In this document: positions 1 through 16,280 of the stretch, piece after piece
How the letters are laid out: each line of letters begins with the position of its first letter
How positions within the stretch are numbered: position 1 is the stretch's first letter
Assembly: GCA_964016885.1 (NCBI GenBank)
Contig: OZ024742.1
Location: 329,096,001-329,160,000 of the forward strand
Length of the DNA stretch: 64,000 bases
Reading direction: 5' to 3'
Origin: Eledone cirrhosa
Lineage: Eukaryota
The notes under the pieces: model-generated
Databases searched by the model: none
Seen by the model: only the letters and a program-made list of their open reading frames with translations
Told to the model about the DNA's origin: nothing
Position numbers and translations under genes: made by a program

Positions 1-1104
1 CTCGGCACGATTTGAACTCAGAATGTACTGAGCTGAAACCAGCATTACAGAGCATTTTGATCGACGATCTAGCGTGTCTGCCAACCCAACTTCACCTTGT
101 CCCGTCTTAATTAAGAAAATCAACCGTCAATAATCTAGAACTATTTGAACCAGACGTGTTCTTTCATCTAGGATAACACAGTATAACACTATAGCGCACT
201 TAGATATATTAGTTAATCTTAGGGTAACAATGGAGAACATATATGTTTTTACTAAATAACGATAACACGTGAAAACAATTAGACATGTTAATATTTAACC
301 TATGGTAGCATTGTAGAAGAGTTGAATATGTCATAATTTAATCGAGTATAACTGTAGATATGTCATTAATAAACCTAGAATAACACTATATAACATATAG
401 GCATATTAGTTAATCTAACTTATCAGTAAGGAACATATGTGGACGTTGGACAGCTGAGCTATTAAGCTCAGTTCACAATTATGAGCTCCTAGGTTTGATT
501 CTATTGTGTGTCATTTTGGACAAGTGTCTTTACCATAGTTTCGAGTTAACTTAAGCCTTGTGAGTTAATTTGGAGCGGCCGAAATAGTATGGATGACTAT
601 GGGATGGATTGTACCAATAACATAAAAGGCCAGCCTTGTCAAAAATTGTGTCTTGCATTTAGCTAAAAAAAAGCGTCCAGGACACATTTTTAGAATATCA
701 ATTGCATACGCTATACTACAAGACAAATTGATCCATTTTAAAAATACCCAGCCATGTCACATTTTGCCACAGTGATCCGGCTTGGAAATTGTATTAACTG
801 TACATTACCTTGTGGGATACTCAACCCTTTACGCCTCAAGTCACGAATTTGTAGTTGCGTTGATCGAACAATCGAATGCTCATTCGTTAAATCGACGGAG
901 ACTTTAACATGTTTTGTTCAATACATCATTATACTGGCGGGGTGATTTCCTCAAATTACCTTAACACACACACATACACATACACACACACACTCTCTCG
1001 CACACACACAAACACACACACATACGCCCACACACACACACACACACAAACACCCCCCCCACACACACAGATATGTATATATGTATATATTTAATATAGA
1101 AATG

Positions 1105-1153
1105 GCTTCTACAGGTCTAGATCTGTTTCATTCGGGAGAAATCATCAGGAAGC
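1105..1153 (-). ncRNA. Type I hammerhead ribozyme (inverted copy)
   Basis: The reverse complement reads GCTTC CTGATGA TTTCTCCCGAAT GAAA CAG atctagac CTG TA GAAGC. Confidence 0.85.
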
Positions 1154-1162
1154 GCTTCCTGG

Positions 1163-1211
1163 GCTTCCTGATGATTTCTCCCGAATGAAACAGTTCAAGG
1201 CCTGTAGAAGC
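1163..1211 (+). ncRNA. Type I hammerhead ribozyme
   Basis: GCTTC-CTGATGA-tTTCtcccGAAt-GAAA-CAG..CTG-TA^GAAGC: stem I GCTTC/GAAGC, stem III CAG/CTG, GUA triplet. Confidence 0.85.
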
Positions 1212-1312
1212 AATTTCTATATTAAATATGTATACTCTGCTATACATTGAGTACCTTACTGTGGTTAGCCCGATTGTACTCGGTATAAACACACACATAT
1301 ATATATATATAC

Positions 1313-1367
<55 letters not shown>

Positions 1368-1750
1368 TATTATATCCGACATTAAAATATACAGGAAGTT
1401 CTTGGTTGACCTCACATATTAATTCCCACCTTCATTCCTCTCTAGTATTTAATTCAACAAATCGGAAGGTCGCTAATCTAAATTGAACTCATTTCCATCG
1501 TTAAATCGTTTATTATTTTGTCTATTGTCTCGCTAGTAAGAATGACTATATTAACATATAAATATTTTCTTTTCTACGCCTGTATATCTTAGAGAATAAA
1601 GTGCTGTTTCACCGGGTGTCTGATACACATCTTTTATGTTACGTACTACAAAATATGTGAAGTAATTATTTCATTAGACAAAGTGACATTTGTGTTTGTG
1701 ATTTGGTTCAATGTCTATAAGAAGTTGATAAGTTTTGCATGTAGGGCGAC

Positions 1751-1789
<39 letters not shown>

Positions 1790-2028
1790 GAGTGAGAGAG
1801 AGAGAGTATTTGTATAATATACATGCTAGTGTATGAATGTCTGTGTTTATGAAATAACAATGAACTAATTGTGGGTGTATGTGAAACTAGTGTTGAAAAC
1901 TTGTGTTGAATCTGTGACATTTTATACTTAGTCACACAATATACACACACGAGGAAATTAAGCACACAGGTATATCTCAGTGGATGTATATATGTGCAAA
2001 TTGCTTCATGTAATACCAAACACATAGT

Positions 2029-2064
<36 letters not shown>

Positions 2065-2248
2065 TCTCCCCCTCTCTTTATATATATTTATATATATATA
2101 TATATATGGGGGGGGGGGGCATATGGACATATGTGTGTGTATATATATAAGTATATATATATATATTAATATATATCAAGTATATATATATATTTATCCT
2201 TATTGAGCCCTCTTTGGATTTTAGTCTTCAAATTTATTATTATTACTA

Positions 2249-2277
<29 letters not shown>

Positions 2278-2280
<3 letters not shown>

Positions 2281-3087
2281 AGTATGTATACGTACATACA
2301 TATATGTATACAGACGTACAGTAGTATGTATATATATATACATACATGCACACATATATATATATAAGTATGTATACGTACATACATATATATATACATA
2401 CGTACAGTAGTATGTATATATATAAATACATGCACACATGTGTATATGTACGTATGGACTTACCGAACATTTATTATAATGTTCGGTTTGTTTGTAAACA
2501 AACATCCCGAATTAAGTCGTAGAGTATTTAGCAACCATCGTTGCCCTTTTGTTCAACACTGACAAAGGAACGATGTACTAAGCTTATTAGCTATCGTCAC
2601 CACCGTATACCTTCCTGCTAGATGATTGAACGTCTGAAAATATATACTTTCCTTATGCATATTAACGGCTGAGCAGCCTAATTTGCATATCGAGTGAGTT
2701 AATCGGCCGGGGGCACCGAAAACGATAAACGGAAAAAATGAAACGAAATTTCATTTCTCACACTTAGTACCGTTGTTACTTAAATATAAGTATGTATACG
2801 TACATACATATATGTATACAGACGTACAGTAGTATGTATATATATATACATACATGTACATATATATATATGTACGTATGGATTTACCGAACATTTATTA
2901 TAATGCTCCGTTTCTTTGTAAACAAATGTTCGGTAAATCCATACGTACATATATATATGTGTGCATGTATGTATATATATACATACTACTGTACGTCTGT
3001 ATACATATATGTATGTACGTATACATACTTATATTTAAGTAACTGCCGAATTAAGAGTGAGAAATGAAATTTCGTTTCATTTTTTCC

Positions 3088-3091
<4 letters not shown>
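2278..3091. mobile_element. Family A retrozyme-like repeat, more than one unit plus inverted arm
   Basis: Homologous to 5388-6215 and 31325-31821. The HHR at ~2570-2606 has lost GAAA. Flanked by (TA)n on both sides. Confidence 0.75.
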
Positions 3092-3154
<63 letters not shown>

Positions 3155-5218
3155 GTGTGTGTATGTATGTGATGTGTGTGTGTGCTTTGATAACATTACT
3201 GTTTTAATAAGAAACAGTTGAATAGTTTCCAATAGAGCCACCTACCACCCGCCTTTGAATAGAGGAAGTCTTAACACAATACTGCATTGTACAGTGTTAT
3301 TCAGACATGCGTTAGCTTGAATAGAGCGGAGTAAATATAACAAGTTGCCTCACTGTTAAGGAACTATCTATATAAAAAGATATCTACAGATAAATAGGAA
3401 ATACATATATATATATACACTGGAAATATTTCTAGACTTCTATGTAACAAGATTCTAATGATAGTCAATAGTTGGAGAATTCGCAGATTCGTTAGAACTA
3501 CAGGAGACTGTTTTTTTGTATAGGGCTTGACTCTTTGCACTCTGAGTTCAAATACCGGCGTAGTCAAGATAGCCTTTCCATCTGCCGGAGTCGATGAAAT
3601 GCCAGTTCAATACTGCGTGAATTTTCCTGCCTACCTCCATCCGTCTTGATATTTCTTTTTGACAGATATCAGGTGTTTAAACGCCCAACCACGACAACTT
3701 CCAGCTAACTCTGGAGTTAACGGACTTGTATGTCATGTCATGAAATAAATTTCAATGTTGCTATTGTTGTTTTTGAATGTGGTTAGAATTATTGTGAAGG
3801 CACATGGCTTAGTAGTTAGCGTGGTGAACTCATTAAGGAAGTGTCTCAAAGTGAGCTCAACGAAATGGTAATTCTTGATTTCAAAATGTAAATAGTGTAT
3901 TCAAATGAGATTAACTACATGAGATTGTAAGAAAAGAACAGAGCGCATGAAATATGTATTAATAATGAGACACTGCACAAATATTTATTTAATATAACAT
4001 ATAACAATCATACGTCTTAAAATAATTTGTAAAGTCAACAATGTTATCTTAATTGGTTAATTGTACGATATTAGCAACCAAATAAAGAGGCATATAATAT
4101 GCTTAAAATACCCTCATGGTTAGTTTCGGTAATGGCACTAATCCACGATTATAATAATATAGATGTTGACTGCAATCGATATTAGACACGGGGATAGTCT
4201 TTATATCACTTGTCCACTTGTTTGTAAACAAAATAAAAGAAAACCAGTTCACCTCATAAACTTTAAGGCGCAAAATAAATGTTTCTGCAAAGATTTTAGA
4301 AATTGCAGACACCATCAGATCGAAATAAAATACTACTACGATTGTAATCAAAGAAGCAAAAAGCCTTTTCGTTATGTACGATAAATATTTGACTGCTCCG
4401 TTTTCTTTATGAGAAGATATTTTGTGTACACTTTGCTAATTAAATCAAGTAAGTTTAGATATTGTTCACGTGACATGAGATTACGATGAAATGAACACTC
4501 ACCTTGAATCGATATATTACTGACGCTGTAGTAATATTAGATCTACACTATCCAACGAATAATTCCGTATTGAGAGTTATTTGTCTACCATTTCCAGCAC
4601 GTTAAATACTCACGCAGATAGTTCCTAGTTTTGATAAATAATACTCTTAAAATGGAAAGACGGCTGCAAAATGTTATACATGTACGTCCATGTAAACAGC
4701 CGACGGAATTGTTGTGATGCAAGTTAACTTTGCCTTTCATTCTTACGGGATCGATAAAATAAAGTACCAATAATGCACTGAGATAATTGCTGACCTTGTG
4801 CCAAAAAGTAGAAACAATTATTTGTGACGCAAGTGACCACTCCACCTCCTCTTTTATCGATTTACTCTATTGTCTCGTCCTTTCGTCTTGCTGCCACCCA
4901 CCAAATTGTTTAAACGTGGCTATTATTACTATCTCAACTTTTCCAATCTCAGCATCACCTATGGTATTTTTTTTCTCAATGGGTCTAGCTGACAATCTTC
5001 GTTCAACATTGTCCAGCTTAATTATATATGTTTTTGGCCTCGACATGTAATGAAGGTTCTGCTTCGCTTTCGTCTCTTAACATGCCCCAGAGAAGTGTTT
5101 AATTATCTTGTTAGAAACTGTAACCCCCAAATGGACTAGCAGTATAGTCGGTAATTGTCCGGAAATGTATACGTCCATTTTCATAGCCAATCACCACAGA
5201 GTTCTTCTATGTGTTGCA

Positions 5219-5333
<115 letters not shown>

Positions 5334-5387
5334 GTATGGTCTACCTGGTTCCTTACCACACTTTCTTCGTTATATACATATATATAT

Positions 5388-6211
5388 AAATGGAAAAGAA
5401 TGAAACAAAATTTCATTTCTCACTCTTAGTACGGCTGATACTTAAATGTAAGTATGTATGAATATGTACATACATATATGTATACAGACGTACAGTAGTA
5501 TGTATATATATACATACATGCACACATATATATATATATGTACGTATGGGTTTACCGAACATTTATTATAATGTTCGGTTTGTTCGTTTGTAAACAAACA
5601 GCCCGAATTACGCCGTACAGTGTTCAGGCAACCATTGTCGCCTTTTTGTTCAACAAATGACACAGGAATGATGTACTAGTTTCAACCTTATTAGCTATCG
5701 TCAACATCGTATACCTACCTGCCAGATGATTTAACGTCTGAAAGTATGTACTTTCCTTATGCATATTAACGGCTGAGCAGCCTAATTTGCATATCGAGTG
5801 AGATAGTCGGCCGGGTGAACCGAAAACGATAAATGAAAAAGAATGAAACGACTAACTCACTCGATATGCAAATTAGGCTGCTCAGCCGTTAATATGCACA
5901 AGGAAAGTATATACTTTCAGACGTTCAATCATCTGGCAGGAAGGTATACGATGCTGACGATAGCTAATAAGCTTGAAACTAGTTCATCGTTCCTGTGTCA
6001 GTGTTGAACAAAAAGGCGACAATGGTTGCCTGAACACTGTACGGCGTAATTCGGGCTGTGTGTTTGTTTACAAACGAACAAACCGAACATTATAATAAAT
6101 GTTCGGTAAACCCATACGTACATATATATATGTGTGCATGTATGTATATATATATATATACTACCGTACGTCTGTATACATATATGTATGTACGTATACA
6201 TACATACTTAC

Positions 6212-6215
<4 letters not shown>
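5388..6215. mobile_element. Family A retrozyme-like repeat, two copies head-to-head
   Basis: Left arm 5388-5850 (-), right arm ~5850-6215 (+). The unit restarts at 5831 (period 443). (TA)n flanks. Confidence 0.8.
5948..5990 (+). ncRNA. Minimal type I hammerhead (family A)
   Basis: ACGATG-CTGACGA-tAGCTaataAGCTt-GAAA-CTAG-TT^CATCGT with palindromic stem III ACTAGT. The mirror copy at 5668-5710 (-) has a C3U change. Confidence 0.85.
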
Positions 6216-6263
<48 letters not shown>

Positions 6264-6636
6264 CTATGTGTGTGTGTGTTTGTTTGTTTGTTTGTGTTTG
6301 TTAAGAATGTGTTTGTTTTGTATCTATGTATATGCGTTTGACTGCATGGTTTAGGCAAATATATTATTACATCATGTTATCTAGTTACATATGTATCTAA
6401 CGATCAAGGAACATATATGCTAAAAAGAGTATACAGACACTCACACTCACACATATACACACAAAGCATCATATACACAGTGTTCTACTAAAGTCGTTTC
6501 CACGTTTGAAATAGGAATCTAATCTTTACGCTAATGACCAACATGGCGTCCAAATAACTTTTACATTCAACAACTATACTTAACATATTTTGATAAAACA
6601 ATTACATTATTAATGTTATTTTTCACATTGTTGCTA

Positions 6637-6715
<79 letters not shown>

Positions 6716-6789
6716 ATCTTGTTGACTTACATATTGTTATAATATTGTTGCTTTTATGATTATTGATGCTGATTTACTTTTGACGTGTT

Positions 6790-9017
6790 TATTATTATGT
6801 TATTCTTTCTTTTGTATTATCAACACCATTAGCAGTAGCACCACCACCACTACCGCCACCACTATAACTACCACCACCACCACTACTACCACCTCCAATA
6901 CCTCCACCAACACCACCACCAACAACAACGTCAACATCATTTGCATTACAAGTATCATTATCACTATCACTATCATCATCAGTCGTCGGAGTCGTCATCA
7001 TCCTCAGCCCCATCACCACCATCGCCATTCTCGCTACCATCATCTCTATCATTATAGTCCACATCCCCACCACCACAATCGGTAGAGGGTCGGACGCCAT
7101 GCTTTCCAGCATAGTTACGTCTCTTTATAGTCTGAGTTCAAATCCCGTGAGGTTAACTTTGCCTTTCATCCTTATGGAGTCGATAAAATAAAGTACCAGT
7201 AATGTACTGGATAGTTCTGGCCTTGTGCCAAAAGTAGAAATAATTATTCCTACATGTAGGCCCGTGTGACGAATAAAGAAATTAATAGTATTATTATTTT
7301 ATTATTTTATTATTATTATTTTCATTTGGATTGGCGGTGTCTATGCTTTGTAGCATAGAGTTACGGCCCTTTACGCTCTGAGTTCAGTTCCCGCCGAGAT
7401 AAACTTTGCCTTTCATCCTTACGGGGGTCGATAAAATAAAGCACCAGTCACGCAGTGGGGTCGATTTAATCGACTTTCCCCTCTCAGCAAATTGCTGGCC
7501 TTGTGCCTATATAAGAAACCATTATTTCATTATTATTATTTTATTATCATCATCATCTTTATTATTATTATTATTATTATTATTATTGCTTTCGGTATTA
7601 TCATTATCGTTACTGTTGTTGTGGTTGTTGTTGTTTAGTCGTTTATCTTGCTACTAAAATGCCGGATGTTTTGATTAATGGAAACCGCTTCACATAATTT
7701 ATTGTGTAGACAATAGATGTAACAGCACGCCACCAACACAAGCAACAATATAAATAGCATGAACAACAATATTATCGAAAAATTATCTACAACACCAACG
7801 CCATCGACATGAACAAGACATAACAGAATATTAGTAGAAGCATCTAGATTCCTCCACATTCTATCCACAAACAACACCACAAACAACAAGAACAGCTGCG
7901 TTGCCATCTCTATTATCACTTACTATCATACCCATCATAACAAATACCATCCTCATCATCGGCATCATCATCATCATCATCGGCCTCACTATTACCATCA
8001 TCGGCCTCACCATTATCATCATCGGTCTCACCTTTACCATCATCACCATCGGCCTCACCATCATCACCATCATCAGCCCTACCATTATCATCATCGGCCT
8101 CACCATCATCACTATCGCCCTCACCATCATCACCATCGGCCTCACCATCATCACCATCATCGGCCCCACCATTATCATCATCGGCCTCACCATCATCACC
8201 ATCGGTCTCACCATCATCACCATCGGCCTCCCCATCATCACCATTATCCCCACAATCATCACCATCATCACCATCGACCTCATCATCATCATTGTTATTA
8301 TCATCATCATCAAGAGCAACAACAAAAGCATCGACAAAAATATCATCACTAAAACCATCACCAATAACCCCGTCACCCTCAACACCTCCTAGATCATCAA
8401 CATAACCCTTGTCATCATTATCTATATAAACAGTATCACCATTATCAAATTCAACGGCATAAGCAATTAAAACAACATTACCAGCAACAAAAACACTACC
8501 ATCACTATCACCCTTATCGACATCCTCATCATCACCAACACTGTAATCATTAACTTAAAATAACAAAAGTTAAGAGCACATCGCCGTCATAGTCACCACC
8601 ACCACCAACAGCAACAATAATAGGATCGACACTTAAGTTGATTAAATCAAAATACAAACTTCTCCGCCAAGAAAATACTACTACCACCACTATTACTACC
8701 ACCACCACCACCACCACCACCACCACCACCACTACTACTACGACCACTATTACTACCACCACCACCACCACCACCACTACTACTACTACGACCACCACCA
8801 CCACTACGACCACCACTACCACCACCGTTACTACTACTGCTACTACCGCTACTACTACTACCGCCACTACTACTACTACAACTACTACTACCAACACTAC
8901 CGCCACCACCACTACCACCACCGTTACTACTACTACTACCGTTACTACTACTGTTACTACTACTACTACTACTGCCACTACCAACACTACCACTACCACC
9001 ACCACTACCACCACCGT

Positions 9018-9060
<43 letters not shown>

Positions 9061-9200
9061 GGTGGTAGTAGTGGTGGTGGTGGTGTTGGTGGCGGTGATG
9101 GGGATAATAACAACAACACAATGAATAGAAAGAAACCTGGAAAAAACATCAGCCATTGCAGTAGTGATAACAACAATAATGATAGCAACAGCATCAAACA
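6790..9200. repeat. Trinucleotide low-complexity region (ACC/ACT/ATC) with a 21-24 bp minisatellite atcggcctcaccatcatcacc at 7958-8285
   Basis: Directly visible; produces spurious poly-T/V/I/M ORFs. Confidence 0.9.
7075..7525 (+). mobile_element. SINE family 1, two adjacent copies
   Basis: B-box-like GAGTTCAAATCCC plus the core ttaactttgcctttcatccttacggggtcgataaaataaagtaccag. Other approximate copies: 1-90(-), 3470-3620(+), 4722-4822(+), 19690-19950(-), 34080-34160(+), 47118-47228(+), 47870-48055(+), 53930-54070(+). Confidence 0.8.
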
Positions 9201-9935
9201 GACACAGAGTAAACGAGATGAAATTTAAAAAAATAAAATAAAATATTGCTGTTACTCGCTCACACAACTGAATAGCCCGTCCAGAAAAGCGTACACATTA
9301 GTATACAGGCATTGATTTACATCAGATGAATGATTATTCACACTTTCGCATATACAAACACATTGTACACAACCAACTTACTTGGCCTTCACACGTCCAC
9401 ATATATTTACGATTGTATAGTCAGTCATATATGATTAATCCGAAGAGAATGAAGTTTAAGAATAGTTACACTTACATCGCAGTGTATTAAATAAATATTG
9501 CCTGAAATACAAAATGATAGAGATATGATATAATGGGTATAACGTTAAAATGAGCTATTGTATTAATAACTTCGTCTACACTTTACCCATGATTAATAGG
9601 AAAAAGTACTCGACAATAATAACGAATGTCCTTCCCCTATCTCTGGCATTACCATTCCGCAAGCCGCTTGAAGATTTGTATCTGAAGCCAACGACGCCGC
9701 ACAATTAATTCTACATACGTCTTACCTAGATATAAGCAGTATACTATCTCATTTACAAGTGAGAAGACATTATGTACCTGATCTATCTCTAAATACATCT
9801 GGAATTTGAAAAAAAAACAAGAGGAATCCATAGCCATTCTGTTGATAAGCTAATCGTCAACGCCTTTAAGTGTTTCTTTTGCTTTACAGGGAAGTACAGG
9901 TTTGCAACTTGCAAATGTTAAACTTAAATTCTCTT

Positions 9936-10066
<131 letters not shown>

Positions 10067-10853
10067 TATATTTAGCGACAATGACATTTCGGCGAGTAGA
10101 AATTAGCGAAACGCAACTTCAGGATTGTGTCAGCAAGTGATCAATGGATATAAATATACCAGAGCTAAACATAAGTTAAATGCCATACAAAATTGAGATG
10201 ATGGTTAAGAAGCCATTAACCACCTAAGCCACAAAGCGAGCAAGCTAAGCGGGTGAAACAAAAACATAAGATTGAAATAATTACCCGGACCCTCAGGAAT
10301 GATCGTATAATCCGATATAGGGTTTCGGCGACTCCTAAATCAATAATACTGTCTGCTTATAAAAAATAATAAGCCTTTGGTACAATGATCCAACAAGAAA
10401 ATCACTTTCTCAACAGGTGTTTTGTTCAGGGTGCGTCAGGACTCCAGTGTTCAAAACACCTGTGAGGTCCAAAGGTGAGAAAACCCCTATTTTGGCAAAT
10501 GAATTCAATATGTGTAGTCATTGCAGACAATTTACAAAAAAACACAAAAAGAATTATAGATATATATAATTATATATATATATATATAATTATAAGAGAG
10601 TATTGAAGTTTGCTTGAAGCATTGTGGAATAATAAATAAATATATTTAAGTCGTTTGGAAGCCTCGACAATGCAAATGGGTAAATCTCCGGGTAACAAGA
10701 TCCGGTGGTGGAGAGAGAGATGTAAGTGGGTGTACGTTGAGATGCGTGGTGTGTAAAGATGTGTAAATGTGTGGAAGAAAGAAGGGAAGAGTATAAAGGA
10801 TAAAAGACAAATAACAACACAAGAGAGAGTTACCTTGGTAGAGATTTAATAGT

Positions 10854-10889
10854 CCCTATATATTTCGGATTCACATCCATCAACAGGGG
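10854..10889 (-). ncRNA. Hammerhead-like motif in the PLE pLTR
   Basis: CCC CTGTTGA tGGATgtgaATCC GAAA TATA TA GGG; core position 6 is non-canonical. A degenerate copy lies at 12859-12894 (+). Confidence 0.55.
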
Positions 10890-11273
10890 GTTTTTTTCCG
10901 GGGTAAAGGTTGTCTGTTGGACAGGTACGAAACGCGTCCCCCACTGTTTGTTGTTTTGAATATCAGAGGGATTCGGCAGAGCGCGCGTGCGCATGAAATG
11001 GGGTCGGTCGGACAGAGGTCAGCGGCCGAATGAGGGAGTGGGGTAGCGCTAGCTGTCAGTCCATTCTCTGCCTGTTTGTTAAATGTTACTGGGTTTGTGT
11101 GCGTGTGTTGTTGTCTCGCTTGAGTGTGTGTGTGTGCGCGTGTGTAGTTGCCTTGTTCCTCTGTATTGGCAGTGTAGTATGTTCGTATGGTGGAATGCTA
11201 CTGTGTGTGTGTGTGTGTGTAGTTGTCTCGTTTGTGTGTGCGTGTGTTGTGTGTTGCTACATCGTTTGTTAAC

Positions 11274-12720
11274 TTAAACCAGCCATCTCATTTCGCTTCT
11301 CTCTAATCGGTTGTTTATTTGTGGTTGCAGGCGTTTGATAAAAAGTGCTTCCTTGATACGTAACGTGCCGACGTTTCTTTCAGTCGCTAGAATTGTGACA
11401 ATGGGCCTTCCGTCTTTGTTTCCACATTTTTCTATGTGTTTCCGGATAGACGAGGCCCTGGTTTTAGTGTGTTCCTTGATCCGGATGTGCAAAGGTCGGA
11501 TTGTGCTACCTATGTAGTATTGGTTGCACCTGTCACATTCTATCTTATACACGACGTATGTGCGTAGGCAACAGGTCGCATGGCGTATCGGGCAGTCTCT
11601 GAGGGAGCATGCGTCAGTAGATTTCCCGGGTTTCTTGGAGAGGCATCTTCGCAGGGAGGGGCCCGAGTGGGCCAGGTGGATGTCGAGGCCCTCCCTCCGT
11701 ATAGCCTTGCGGATAGCGTTGGTGGTATTCTCGCCCAGATGTGGAATTTTAAGGAAGCACTTGCCTTGGGTGCCTCTCTGTCTCTTCTATCTGGTGTCTC
11801 CTATTCTGTCTGTGATCGAGGTAGGGTACCCGTTCGTCTCCAGCACCTCGAGGAATCGCTTGGTATGAGTGACACCACTCGCGGGATCGCTGCATCTGTT
11901 TTTGATTCGCGCGATCTCGTTCGTGATGTATCCTCTTTTGGCACTGTTCGGGAGGGCGGACTTGTAGTGAACGAACAGGTCCCTGCAGGCTGCCTTTCGG
12001 TAGAAGTTGCAGTGGATACTTCCCTGTTCCGTGATGTTGATTCGGAAGTCGAGGAGGGCAAGTGACCCGTCTTCGTTGGGGTGTTCAACACTGAAGTCAA
12101 TGTTCTCGTCCGTGTTGTTGAACGTCTCATAGATTCTGTTCGCCGTGTCTTGGGAAGATGTGAGGATGAGGATATCGTCCACGTACCTTGAGAAAAAGGC
12201 TACGGCGTTGGGGTGGTAGTCGTTGAGTGCCTTGCGTTCGAGGTTGTCCATGTAAGAGATCGCTAGCACACCTGATAGGCTTGATCCCATGGGCAATCCC
12301 GAGGTTTGTTGGTATGTTTGGTCAAGGAATCCGAAGTAGGTGTTGTCGACGACGATGGATAGGAGTTGGTGGATGTCAGTGGTGGTGAGCCCGAAGCAGT
12401 GTAATTAGGTGGATTGGACGCGTTCCATCAGTATATTGACGGCCGGGAGTGCCGGGACGGGGGTGTAGAGAGCGACTACATCAAGGCTGAAGGCATATCT
12501 GTTATTCCTTCTGGTGTCGGGATCCATTTGATGCAGGCGCTTCAACACCTCCTCGGAGCTTTTAACGTGTCCCGGCAAGGTGTCTAAGATGGGTTTGAGT
12601 ATTCTGGCTAGGAGCCAAGAAATTTCGTAGAGTGGTCCCTCCACGCTCGATACGATGGGCCTGATCTTCAGGTCGGGTCCCTGTTTGTGTGTTTTCACGA
12701 GTTAGTAGAAGGCGGGTAGT
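11274..12720 (-). pseudogene. PLE reverse transcriptase plus GIY-YIG endonuclease, one frame with nonsense codons
   Basis: ORFs 12405-12698, 11787-12296 and 11274-11552 share one frame. Motifs: KTHK..IRPIVS, SLDVVALY, PMGSSLSG, RYVDD, linker CSLRDCPIRHATCC, VYKIECDRCNQYYIGST..RIKEH. Interrupted by TAA (12405) and TAG (11787). Confidence 0.93.
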
Positions 12721-13235
12721 CAGCAGTTCCTCTGCCAGACCGACCCCATTTCACGCGCACGCGCGCTCTGCCGAATACCTCAGATATTCAAAACAACAAA
12801 CAGCGGAGGACGCGTTTCACACCTGTCCGACAGACAACCTTTACCCCGGAAACAAACCCCCCAGTTGATGGACGTGAATCCGAAATATATAGGGACTATT
12901 AAATCTCTCCCAAGGTAACTCTCTCTTGCGTTGTTATTATAATTTTATCCTTTATACTCTTCCCTTCTTTCTTCCACACATTTACACATCTTTACACACC
13001 ACGCATCTCAACGTACACTCACTTACATCTCTCTCTCCACCACCGGATCTTGTTACCCGGAGATTTACCCATTTGCATTGTCGAGGCTTCCAAACGACTT
13101 AAAGATATTTATTCATATATATTTATATATATATATAATTATATATATATATATAATTATAAATAATTATATATATTTATATAATTATATATATTTATAT
13201 AATTATATATATATATATAATTATATATATATATA

Positions 13236-13280
<45 letters not shown>

Positions 13281-13656
13281 GTATGAAGCGAGAGGGGTAG
13301 AGGCAAAGTTATAAATAGGGAGTAAGTGAGAGATAGTTGGTAGTAAGGAAGTTTGATAAATTGTCAAAAATTTTTCGAAGACTTTAGAATTTCGAATATT
13401 CCCGAACCAATTCATCATACAACATGATAAAAAGCCAAATTTACGCTTACTTAACCCTTAGCTTACATTTTACGTTGCATGTGTTAATTTAACTATTTAT
13501 TACTCGTTATCGACAACATTAACCATACGTTCAACATTACCAATAACATAACCACGCTAATACTAATAATAGTAAATTTCATCCCTGCGGAAAACCATAG
13601 TTTTAAATTGAACGACAGACACCCACAAACATATATATGTATGTATATATATATAC

Positions 13657-14475
<819 letters not shown>

Positions 14476-14807
14476 ATATATACCGATACATTTATACATC
14501 CGAAAAATGACAAGAACACTCATGACAGAACCATCAGCGATAACCGAACGAAGCAGCTGACATAGACTGGAAATGTATCCTTCAATTAGAATTCGAAACT
14601 TTACAAACTATATATACTACACGGGTGATTGTATGACAAAAGTGAAGTTGAATAGGGTTCCAAAATTAAAATAAATACATCGGAGAAATGTATTAGAATT
14701 CAAAAGCTTAAGAATTCCGCAAGACAATAATGACCCACAGGTTGTTGAAGAGGAAGAAATAATAATTGTTAAAATAATTGGAGAATAAAACTTAATTATA
14801 ATAATAA

Positions 14808-16280
<1,473 letters not shown>

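Larger units (their letters stand above)
10592..13115 (-). mobile_element. 5'-truncated Penelope-like element with inverted pseudo-LTR
   Basis: RT and GIY-YIG coding remnant flanked by a pLTR (about 10592-11010, -) and an inverted copy (about 12738-13115, +) that lacks the last ~40 nt. Both ends abut (TA)n. Confidence 0.93.

Noticed and set aside
7861-9267. Poly-Thr/Val/Met mucin-like ORFs
   Set aside because: Trinucleotide repeats open in several frames on both strands, with no splice or domain evidence.
10910-10945. Second, antisense HHR in the pLTR (GAAACGCGTC)
   Set aside because: No CUGANGA core or convincing stems upstream.
11524-12130. Antisense and alternative-frame ORFs over the PLE
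   Set aside because: Shadow ORFs of GC-rich RT coding sequence.
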